NCBI GenBank assembly: GCA_023213395.1
Contig: CM041465.1
Span: 133,245,741-133,309,740 of the forward strand
Origin: Cycas panzhihuaensis
Taxonomy: Eukaryota; Plantae; Cycadophyta
Direction of reading: 5' to 3'
Length of the DNA stretch: 64,000 nucleotides
Shown one piece after another: positions 1 through 10,266 of this stretch. The notes below the pieces were generated by a model, which made no database searches, was not told the DNA's origin, and saw only the letters and a list, made by a program, of their open reading frames with translations. Made by a program: the position numbers and the translations under genes. How positions within the stretch are numbered: the stretch's first letter is position 1; each line of letters begins with the position of its first letter.

Positions 1-958
1 CCCCAGATTGTCCCTCTGCGCCTCCTGCCGTCCCTGAAGGACCTGCCTCTCCTGCAGGTCATGACAGGCCAGCCCCATCATCTCTATCATCCCCATCGTC
101 ATTGCCTGCGGGCGCTCCTGCTCCGTCCACCTCGTCATCACTGTCCCACCTCACCATCCTATAGGGCTCTGCTACGTAGTCTGGTAGGGTGAGGAGGTGC
201 AGTGATGTCGCCTCCACCAATCGTCGGATATGGGCCCGATCCTCTATCCCTCTCAACCGAGTCTTCCACCTGTGGACCATCGGGGCCCGCTCTGTGATGG
301 GGTGTGGTCCCCCCGCTAGTGCCACTGCCGCGAAATAATCGAAGAACCAACACTGTAGTAGTGTGCTATACGACAACCCGCCTCTGCCGGTCATCCTGAT
401 AGTGTCCAACTGGGTGATGAGGTTCACTGCTATCAGGGTCACCCAGTCCATCCTCTCACCAGCTTTGTAGCAGCGAACTGCATCCAACTATCCACCCGGT
501 ATCTCCCTATAGTTCTATTTCTGGAAAATCTAGAATAGAATGCACAGTATAACCAACTTCCTCACCCGAGGAATCCCTAACATCAGTATGGTCTGGAGGG
601 AAGCTCCCCTCCACTCCCATCTATCTGCTCCTGTGAAGAACATGGCTACCTCCCTGTGCGCTGCCTCGGTGCTAGGCAATATCCCCAGTCTCATCGGCCT
701 CCCTGTCGCCGATACTCCCATTATCCGCCGTATGTCTCTCGGCGTAACCGTCACATCACCTACCTGTGGTAGGTGGAATACATGTCTCCTCCTATCCCAA
801 TAGGATACTATGTCAACTAGCAACCTCTGATCTGATGCATACTGAGGTGTCTTGAGGGCCTTGTATAGGCCACACCTCTGTAGGATCTTCCTGTCCTCCT
901 GTGACGCCATCTCTATGTAACTCAACATGGCCATACCTACGTTCTCGCAGTTATCCAC
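1..958 (-). pseudogene. Plant Mobile Domain (aminotransferase-like, MAIN/MAIL-related) ORF, antisense in element A; in-frame stops; runs off the window
   Basis: ORFs 530..958 and 59..487 are one frame with LLVDIVSYWDRRRHVFHLPQVGDVTVTPRDIRRIMG and LLQCWFFDYF. These match the PMD motifs LxxALVERWxxETHTFHLPxGExTITLxDV and LLQxWxxEHF. Confidence 0.85.
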
Positions 959-1628
959 CGCGATGACAGCCTGTCCACATAAAAAACGATCAAAGTTATC
1001 CTCGTGTTAGTTATCATGACTCCTTACTCTCTCTCAACTCTCTCTGTCTGCGATTTGGGGCTCTTTGGGCCTTTTTGTCCTTTTTTTCTCCTTGCTTGTC
1101 TTGTCTTATCTTTGAATTTAGCACTGCTAAGTTCGATTTGGGTCTCATGTGATCGGGTCCTGTGGTAATGATCATGGCACCATGATCATTGCTGCGGTAC
1201 AAACGGCGATCCCCCAAAAGGAGGGGGATTTCTGCCTCCAAAACCAAAAAAAAATTCTTCTAGTGGACCCCGTGGGGCCCACCGGGACCAGGGCTCCCTA
1301 ATGCCCAGGTCCCTGCCTCTTTCTGGGTCTGATTTGGACTTCGAGAGGCCTCCAATTACCCATAAGGGGCACTAAAATCACATAAAAACTATTAAAAGCT
1401 AATGAAATTCGAACTTCAAAATGGATTGGGTTTAGTGATATCCACTCACTGGATCTGGTCTCGCTGTGGCCATCTCGTCCTACTGATCCCGCTGGCTCTC
1501 TCTGATCTCCGATCCAACGGTCTGATCTCTCCCTATGTGCCTCCGAAGTTGGGCGGCACTCCGCTGCGTAAGGGAATGGCTCTGGTTTTATACGAGAGCC
1601 AGTGAAAATGAATCCATTTTCCGTTTGA

Positions 1629-1652
1629 TTTCCTTATATAGGCGGGGGCCCC
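1629..1652. promoter_or_regulatory. Conserved TATA-containing block between PMD and aRH (element A)
   Basis: tttccttatataggcgggggcccc is identical (24/24) to the reverse complement of 6852-6875 although the flanks are diverged. Confidence 0.55.
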
Positions 1653-2159
1653 AACAGGCACTTCTTCCATTTTTGGCTCCGCGATAGTCGTTGGGACTGT
1701 CCCGTTTCCCTGATTGCCTATGCCTTCTGGCCCTGTCGCCCGTTGTGCTCTCTTGATACCCCTTTTCATGCTTTCTCACAAGTGCATTTATGGTGCCTCA
1801 TTTTTACACTTTTTCCCTGGGCCCTTCTGTCTCGTTTTACGTGCCACTCCCGTGCATGCCTGAGTTTATACTCGTTTGGCTCGTTTCGTCGCCCTGGACT
1901 TGTTTCTGCAGTCCTTTCTCATTCTTGAGGTCCCCAAAGGGAATGCTCCCCCGCCTGGGGGCATGTTTCGCTTTCTGAAGCGACCTTTTGGTGCCCTAAG
2001 AGGCTTTTTCCTCCGACCACTCTCTGACGGTGATCGGACTGCTTGCTCTCGCCCTGGGTAACCTCATTGCTAGGTCCTCCTACCCTTCACGGCCACTTTT
2101 TGCTTGCCTTTTGAGTATTACTCTTATTATTCATTGACTACCAGGACTTTATGTCACCT

Positions 2160-2545
2160 ATGTCCATCTACATCTTCTGAAGCGGTGGAAGCCGGTAACC
2201 ACTGACCTTCATTTGCATGGATTCTTCACAGCCCTTCTAGACATGATCTCCTACGCTCTGAAATATTCCTCTAGAGGCTACTAACAATGAAGCTGAGTAT
2301 ACAACTGTTATTAAAGCCCTTACCGATGCTCTCTGTTTCCATCATGGATCCATCGTTTTGCTTTGCGACTCTCAAGTTGTGGTGTCCCATCTCACCCAGG
2401 TTTACCAGGTGCGATGCCCTCACATGAGGACTCTTGCTTCTGCCACCAGGTCTCTCCTGGCCCACTTCTCTTTCGTCGATATCTAGCATATCCCTCGGGC
2501 CCTCAATGCTGAGGTAGATAGTCTCATTCACCTCATCCTTGAGCA
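2160..2545 (+). pseudogene. Archaeal-type RNase H (aRH) of Tat retrotransposon, stand-alone in the 3' region; frameshifts and stops
   Basis: Plus-strand translation AWILHSPS...EATNNEAEYTTVIKAL...LLCDSQVVVSHLTQVYQVR...HIPRALNAEVDSL shows the aRH motifs TNNxAEY, DSQLVV and HIPRxxNxxAD. Confidence 0.85.
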
Positions 2546-2987
2546 TCGCCTTCCTCTCCTTGCTGACCATCCTTGAGGCTTGTCTGGCCGCCCTGTCGCC
2601 CAAGCCCCAAGTCATCTTACACTTTGCTTTACGACCCGTTCGCACCTCTGAAATTCTGCCACTGATGAGGTTAAACTATGGAAACCACCCATTATGGTTA
2701 TTTGTTTTACTTGATTATGCATGTCCTTCTGCATCTTTTGTGGTGGGGGCAGCCCCCTCGCCTTTCTCATTTCTCCAGTCAGTTCCCAGGTAGCCCATAG
2801 GCAGCCCCTATGTTGTCTCCACTGCCACTTTTGTATCCACGCGTTCTACCATGACACTCGCTGGCATCCTTGCCTACTGTTATGCTCTTGATTGATATAT
2901 CTATATACACATGTGCCACTAACAGTTGTGTTGCCAGCATTCGCCATCGCACTAGGCTTCCGAGCGGCGAGGCTCACGCCAAGGCGG

Positions 2988-5718
2988 TGTTTCCCAGCTT
3001 CCAGGAATGGATACAGAATTACCGACTCAGGTAAGTGTAGGTATGTTTCTCACCTTATCATCACTTTCTTTTGATGAGTGATGCTTACATGTTTGCATGT
3101 TTGTGGCCTTGTAGGCGATTTTGTCTTCGTCTACATTTATTTAGCCTATGACGACTATAGTAGGGGCACACTCCCAGCAAGTGTGGCACCCTGATGATGA
3201 CTCCACTTCTCGCATTCTACCCTCCTCGCTCCAAGACCCACTTGGCTTGTGCCACGTCTGCCCGTGTGATGACCCGTCATTGTTTGGTTGACTTGCCACA
3301 TCGCTTAGATCCTATTTTTGCTCTTTTGGACTCGTTTGTTGGCTTGTTTTCCCTCAGGTAGATGTCTCAGCCTCCCATTGGCCCTTTTTGTCATTTGCCC
3401 ACAACCTAGACTGGCTGGTCGGGCCTGGTTTTGCCTCCGGGCTAATACTGCTGCGATTTTCGTGGTACCGCCAGAAAATCTGCAGTACCGTAGATTTTGC
3501 GGTGGTATGACTGTTCTAATTTATTTTTTAAAATCCGCCATGGCAATTTCGCGTTTATTGCAAAACTACCACGTGTCTCACAACTTAACTCGCTGCCAGC
3601 CATGCCCTAACCACTCGCTTTAGGATTTGGGTTGGGTATTTAAGTCATCATTTACTCATTTTTGGGGACTTTTTAGCTCATTTTTGGATTACTCTTCAAG
3701 GAAACCACTTTGTGCTCTGTTATTCTCTGCTGCCCTACTACTGCTACAGGACCTGCACCTCTTCTCCAGCACCTAGCTCTCCTTTGGTGTAGCTAGGACA
3801 TCTTCCCATCCCTTCACACACCTTGGAGAGGGCCCCTTTGGAGAGATCTCAGCGGATTCTTGCCTCGGGTAGCCATCAAGCATTCCAAGTGCAGGTATTC
3901 TTCCTCCAACTCCATTAGCAGGAGTCTAAACTTACTACACCATAGTTTTTGGGCTGATTTCTCAGCCTCTCCTTACCAGCCCTTGACTGAGACAAGAGCC
4001 TCTCCTCTTCTTCTCAAGTATTCATTGATCTGAGCTATTTTCCTAGTCAATTGATGCCCTATCTTGTTTGTCTTCTTGCTTGTTTTTGTGAAGGTTATTT
4101 TCCTTTTTGCATTGGGCTATTTTACTCCTATTATTAGTGCCTCCTTACCTGCATTTATTGCTCAAGGCAGTGGCAAAGAGGGTTGACATAGGGTTTGGGA
4201 GAGAGCTGGGTGGATTCCGTACCACCTTCCACGCTCCTCAAGCGGCTTTTAGCCCCCCAAACCTTCCCTCTTGCCCCGTGCTGTCCTTGGCACTCAAACA
4301 AGGGTTTGTTGGGCCTTCCTTAGCCACCAAAATCAGTGCTGTCACATGTTGCATCACTGGTTTGAGGGCTTGTGCTTAGGTCTGGGCAACTCATGTAAGT
4401 CCTGACTGCTTATTCGTTGCCCAACTCTTTTCCCGGCAACCCGGTTTGCTCTTAATAGCACCCCGGCTTGCCGTGGGTCCTCTTTGGCTCCTTTTAACTC
4501 TCTTGCTACTATTTCTAGCCATCTTTCTTAGCCTTAACCTCGCTGCCTTATGGCTTTTGGGGGAGGTTAGGGTTGTTCTTTGTGGGAGGTGGGCCACTCC
4601 GAGGCTTACCGGTTACTTTCCATTTGCTTGGGTTGTCCTCCTTTACACATTATCATCATTGTGTTGATGCTAACATATATGTGTTTAAGTTTATATTTAT
4701 TTTGTATAGACATGTATTGTCAGGATCTTTCCATTGCATGTTAGTACTCTTTCTCCAGAAAGGGGGGAGATTGTCGTTTACTTGCAGGTGTTCAGAAAGC
4801 GCAAAGGATCTTCCTCTCTTTCTTCCTTTGCCGGTAAGTGCTTCCATGCATGTTGTACTTTCATACTTCATTTATTGTTAGTATTTGGTCTCTTTCTTTC
4901 CTTGGTTTTGTACTTTAGTATTTTTCCGGGGAAGGTAAGGGAGCCCCTTATTCCAATCTGCTGCGACGCTTCACGACCGCCACGCCTTGTGGAGTAGTTT
5001 TGGGTGTCCCTTGGGAGCGCCACCATCACGATACACTTCCGTTCTGAGTACACGCTTTCGCTCCACTCTATCACCATTTCCTTTTAAATTTCCTTTACAT
5101 AAGTAGTAATTAACTCATTGGAAATAAAAGGGGAAACCAACTTTGCTTTTGGTTCATACTTTACTTTATTTACTTTGTTGCTTGCATCTTCTTTAGCCAT
5201 AGGAAAAGGCCTTAGGGGATCCTTCCTTTCACCTTTTCCCTCCTTTTGCCATGCAAGCTTCCTTCTCTCTTTTTCATTTGTGTATTTGGTTAGTTTGCTT
5301 AGGCATACCTTGACCCACCTCCTTAGGTCATCTGTCTTACTTTCCTTTGGTTCCCCGCTTTGCCGGATAACCAAGGTGACCCTGTCTATAGGCCACCCAC
5401 TTGCCTATCCTTCCTTATTTCCCATTATTCTAGGGAAACCCTCAAAGGTTCCTTCCCGTCCCCTTCCGACCATCCAAGGGTGGGAGGATCCTTCCTTCAG
5501 GTCAACCCAGGCTAACCCTACGCCTCCTCACCTCTTATTCAAAGTGGGGGGATCATCCTTTGGTAGCCATATTCCATTGCAGGTCTCGAACTCGTGCTCT
5601 AGCACACGGGGCGCCCTGTGTGGTACTTGCCCTACTTATAGGTCCCTTTTCGCTCACATTATCTACCATTCTTACCATTCCTATTTAGTTAGGTAGTTAT
5701 CCCGTAGACGCGCGTCCA
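2988..5718 (+). repeat. 3' LTR of element A (~2.7 kb)
   Basis: Begins TGTTTCCCAGCTTCCAGGAATGG (B LTR: TGTTTCCCAACTACTAAGAATGG) and ends ...GCGTCCA (B: ...GATTCCA). Internal blocks are shared with 16578-19685. Confidence 0.75.
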
Positions 5719-5934
5719 GAGTGCAAGGGAGATAAAGGCTATGGACCAGGGGCAACATGAATGGTAAGATAAGGAGAAAAAACCTAGCAGTCACTATAGT
5801 TTAACCTCATTAGTGGCTAACTTTCAGAGGTGTGAATGGATCGCAAGATGGGAGAGTTGGATGACCCAGAACCTAGGAGCTAGAGTGACTGGACAGGTCC
5901 CTCAAGGAGGGTCATCAAGGAGGGGGAGGCGACA

Positions 5935-6325
5935 CTCGAGGATAAGGCAAACAAGACCATATGCCTTAGTGTTGCAGTCTCGGGGGATATGATGGATATC
6001 AACAGAAGAGAAATGAGACAAAAGAGACCTAGCAGTCGAGGCAAGGGCCCTCAAGCGTGGGCAACACACCTGGTAGATCTAGGTGAGGTGAGACACCATG
6101 ACCTCGGAGTCTCAAAGGAGGATGATGGGTTCGCGATAGAAGCAAAGCACATTGATGAGGGCTTCAATAATGGCTATATATTCAGCTTCATTATTGGTGG
6201 CTTTAGGAAGGAAGACCCTAGAATGCATGTAGTCATATCTGGAGGGGTCATGAGGATCCACAGAGTGGCGGAAAGGCCTGGCTTATGACGACTTCCATCA
6301 TCGGTGAAGATGAGTAATGCTATGG
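5935..6325 (-). pseudogene. aRH of element B
   Basis: Minus-strand translation LLIFTDDGSRHKPGLSATLWILMTP/..FLPKATNNEAEYIAIIEAL...DSEVMVSHLT*IYQV...HIPRDCNTKAY. Confidence 0.85.
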
Positions 6326-6851
6326 TAAGAGGGAAGTAAAGGTCTCAGTGAGATGGACGAGGAGAAAACAACGACAAGGTCGATGAGTAAAGCAAGGGAC
6401 CTAAAGAAAAAGGAATAGGTCATAAAGGGTAGGAGGACCTAAGGAAGAGGCTATCTAGGGACGAGGAGACTAACCTAGCAGATGGGAAGAGATGGAGGCA
6501 AAAAATACCCTTCTAGGGCCCCAAATGTTACTAAATAAAGTGAAGCACAGTCCTGGGTGAGGGAGGCGCTTCTCTTGGGAGCCCCAAAGGCTCAAACGGG
6601 TAGTAAAACTGGGTTCAAGATGACAAAATGAGCTAAATGAGTATAAAAAGAGCATGTTTGGGATTGGCACAAAAACTGAGGCAAAAAAAGCCTCATAAGA
6701 AACTAGAGGGGTTATCATAAATATGCCAAGGAGGTAGAAGAAGGAGGCCATAAAGATGAAATATGGGACAGACCCAGAAGGCAAAGGTAATGTAGGGAAA
6801 GAGATGATCGCAAGGGTTGTCATGGCAGGAGAAATGGAGGAAGTGCCCATC

Positions 6852-6875
6852 GGGGCCCCCGCCTATATAAGGAAA
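6852..6875. promoter_or_regulatory. Conserved TATA-containing block (element B)
   Basis: ggggcccccgcctatataaggaaa, the exact reverse complement of 1629-1652. Confidence 0.55.
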
Positions 6876-7555
6876 ACTCAACGAAAATAAGATTCATTTT
6901 CATGGGCTCATAATTGATCTAGAGCCCTTTCCCTTATATAACATAGCGTCACCTGACTTCAAAGGTACAGAGAGAGAGATCAGACTATTAGATTAGAGTG
7001 AGATGATAGCCTATGAGACCAGAGCAACGAGATGGTCGTAGTGAGACCAGATCTAATGAGTGGATTGTCCCATATCTACTCCATTTCTTCCCTTGAATTT
7101 CATGAGTTTTTATGCTTTTCTAGGGTAGTTTTCACCCCTTAAGAGAGAACTAGGACCCTCTAGAGCCCAATTTGGGCCCTGAGAGGGAGAGGACCATGGT
7201 AATAGGTAACCTTAGTTCCAGTGGGCTTGAGTGTGGTCCACTTGGGCAAAATTTTTTGGGGTTTTTTGGGCATTACCCCCTCTTTTTATGGGGGGTGAGA
7301 TTGGCCCTATGGCGAAATTCGTGGTGCCGTGGAGTTTGTCGTGGGGCCACTGAGTAGGTACTAAAATCTCAGTGGGGCCCTGATCAAACTATACAGTACC
7401 GCAGAGTTTGATGTGGGGTAGAGAGCAGCCAATAGAAAAAGAAGAAAATAGGCCCAGAAAGGTGCCAAATTCAGCCTAGAAGGGAGGGAAGAGGTAACTT
7501 GAGGGTAGGCAGGCTGATGCAGAGGTGTTCTAACTAATTGTTGGGTGTTTTGTAG

Positions 7556-9500
7556 GTGATTATTGCGGTAGACAACCACGAAAACATAGGGATCGCTATG
7601 ATGAGTTTCATTTAGATGATGACTCAGGGAGACATGTAGACTCTAGAGAGATGCAGATTGCTAAAGGTTATTAGGATGTTACAGTATACCTCATATCAGC
7701 ATCCCCTAGTAGACATCATCACACATTAGGATCGTAGACGGCATGTGTTTCACCTCCCCTAGGTAGGGGACATCACTATCACATAAGGGGACATTTGAAG
7801 GATCTTGGACATGCCAGTGGGAGGAGCACCAGTGTCACTAGGGGCATTACCTAGCAACAATAATACATATAGGGAGGCAACCATCTATTTTATGGGCTAG
7901 GATAGGTGGGAGAGACATGGGATACCAGTTCAGACCATGGTTATGTCACAGATTCCTTCAGTGAGGAAGTTGATTATATTAGGTATTCTGTTCCAGATTT
8001 CTCAGAGATAGAACTACAGGGATATACTCAGTGGATGGATGGAGACAATCATGAGGTGTGAGGCTGGGGAGAGACTAGACTGGGTTACTAAGATAGTGGC
8101 GAATATGGTCACCAAGCTAGATGTTATTAGAGTAAGAGGGAGAAGAGGATTCTCCTATTGTACATTACTACAGTGCTAGTTCTTTGATCACTTTGGGGTG
8201 GTAGCACCACTAGAAGGACCACATCCCATCTCATAATGGGCTCCCATGGTACATAGGTGGCAGACTCAGTTTAGAGGAACCAAAGACCAGGCTCATATCA
8301 GGCACTCGGTGGAGACAACATCACTAGACCTCGTCATTATGGCAGACTATATAGTGGATCCATACAAAGGGGCGAGGTGGGGTAGTGATGACAAGGTAGG
8401 AGGAGCAGGAGGTGCCCCTAGGGATGATGATGACAACAATGGTGATGATAGAGGTGATGGGTCAGGCCCATTAGGAGCAACAGGTGGTGAGACAGGTCTA
8501 TCAGGGACTGCAGGAGGTGAGGCAGGGCCTTCAAGAGTTGTGGGAGGAGAGGCATGTCTATTAGAAGCTGCAAGTAGAGGTAAGCCACCCCGCACACCAG
8601 TCCGGGGACTGAGGGTAGTAGGCAAAGTTCGGGTAGTGGCAGTAGATATAGTGATAGATGGAGAAAGAGACATCCTAGTGGGTTAGGTGGTAAGCAAGGT
8701 GGTACCCAAGGAGGAAGGGGTACCAGTAGCCAAGGGAGGTCCTGAGGAGGAGATAGTTACCAGAGCTGAGGACCCAATTATCCCAAGAGGTGAGACACTA
8801 ACCATTATCATCACCCTTTGACTATCAGGCATTTGGATAGTTTGTTTTGATTTAGTCTTAAGGTTTTGATATGCATATGGATATGTGGACTACTGCATGA
8901 TGTATTTGGCTTGGCAGGAGCAACGGGGATGGTGAGGCTAATCAAGGCGATAGTCCGGGAGGTATTCCCCTAGGTCTACATAGAGGGGCAACCTCTCATC
9001 TAGGCTGGAGAGCATCCACTATCAGTGGGGGAACATATGGCGGTATTCACCCCACTGATAAAGGCCAAAGACATATGGGTAGCAGAGTCCCAAGAGCATA
9101 AGGCAAGGATGGGATAGCTACAGGGGGAGCTAGATGGGACCCACAATGAGAGAGACACCTTACAAGGTTGTGTCTAGGCACTAGAGGGTCAGGGTAGAGG
9201 AGCACATGGAGACACAGAGGGCTGCATCCAAATAGTTGTGCTCGAGGAGTGACTCTGAGGAGTGGAGGAGAGGCTCCGATGGGTGGAGGGAGAGAGGGAT
9301 CGTATCCAAGGGTGATATGATCGATTGGTGGACCAGGTTACATCAAGATCATTATGGAGCATGACATAGATACAGACAGCAGGGACAACCCTTAGGAGAC
9401 CTCGATATGAGGGGAGTGAGGTAAGGAGCTCCTAGCAGTGCAGGAAGAGCCTAGGAGGCATGTGGTCTCCTAGGGAGGGATCACGATGACTAAGAGATGA
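7556..9500 (+). pseudogene. Antisense PMD gene of element B with Gly-rich repeats and a C-terminal coiled-coil-like region; many TAG stops; probable intron 8829-8917
   Basis: VDNHENIGIAMMSFI*...LVDIITH*DRRRHVFHLP*VGDITIT... is colinear with the A copy. ORF 8246..8686 matches the C-terminal part of A 59..487. The 3' end is approximate. Confidence 0.8.
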
Positions 9501-10266
9501 CACTCCATGAGCATAGGAGCACTAAAGAGCAAGGTAGGATCAATTTTGATTGGGAAAGCACTGGACCTCTAGGGAGTCACCATATATTATCACATGATTG
9601 TACTCCTCCCTACAAGGATTTCAGCTTCTCGTGGATGATGTCCTGTATGATATGTATGATATGATTCTTTATGTATATAGAGAGGGGCCATTGGCACCCC
9701 ATTTGATGTATAATGATTTATTTTGTTTATACGTTTGTGCGTATGCAGACATGGGTGTACAGGTACATAAAGGACTATACATGATGATGGTTTTGGTTTG
9801 TTGTTATATGGTTTTTGTTATTAGATCATATAGGTGATGCGTAGGCTTCCTTTCATGCAGGGCCATACTCATAGCGGGCACACATAACCACCATAAGCGT
9901 AAGTGATAGGCATGTGTTAGGCTAGGAGATGAGGATCTGTAAATGTCTATCAAAGGAGCATAGTGGGATATACAAAGGAAGCGTTACTGAGAGAGAGTAT
10001 AGGTACTTGAGTATGCGGTCCTAGTTGGGGTTGTTTCTAAACTCAAGAGTTACAGGAAGCTACACACCCAATAAGGAGGAAGAGTTTCCCTTGGGAGGGA
10101 AGCACAAGGTGTCACAAAAGAGGATAGAGAGATGAGAGAGCCACCCTAGACTAAAATTCTACTTGTGATTTGGGGGAATGAGCATGCATTTAGAGTGGTA
10201 GTTTAGTCTTGTTTCAGAGTGAGGAGAAAGAGGTGGTGTGCCTAACCTACACAGGGGTAGAGATAG

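Larger units (their letters stand above)
1..5718 (+). mobile_element. Element A: 3' part of a Tat-clade Ty3/gypsy LTR retrotransposon (antisense PMD, aRH, 3' LTR); gag-pol would lie upstream of the window
   Basis: 1-2680 is reverse-complement homologous to element B ~5795-8560. The LTR termini match those of the element B 5' LTR. Confidence 0.85.

Noticed and set aside
2271-2645. Homologous ORFs 2271..2645(-) and 5989..6288(+) as a novel conserved gene
   Set aside because: They are antisense shadows of the aRH coding frame.
2662-2685. CTGATGAG...GAAAC, resembling a hammerhead ribozyme core
   Set aside because: No proper stem II or flanking stems, and the B homologue reads CTAATGAG and lacks GAAAC.
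5118-5696. 192-aa ORF and other ORFs within the LTRs (3318-5696)
   Set aside because: Low-complexity L/S/F/P composition, no domain and no evident counterpart in the B LTR.
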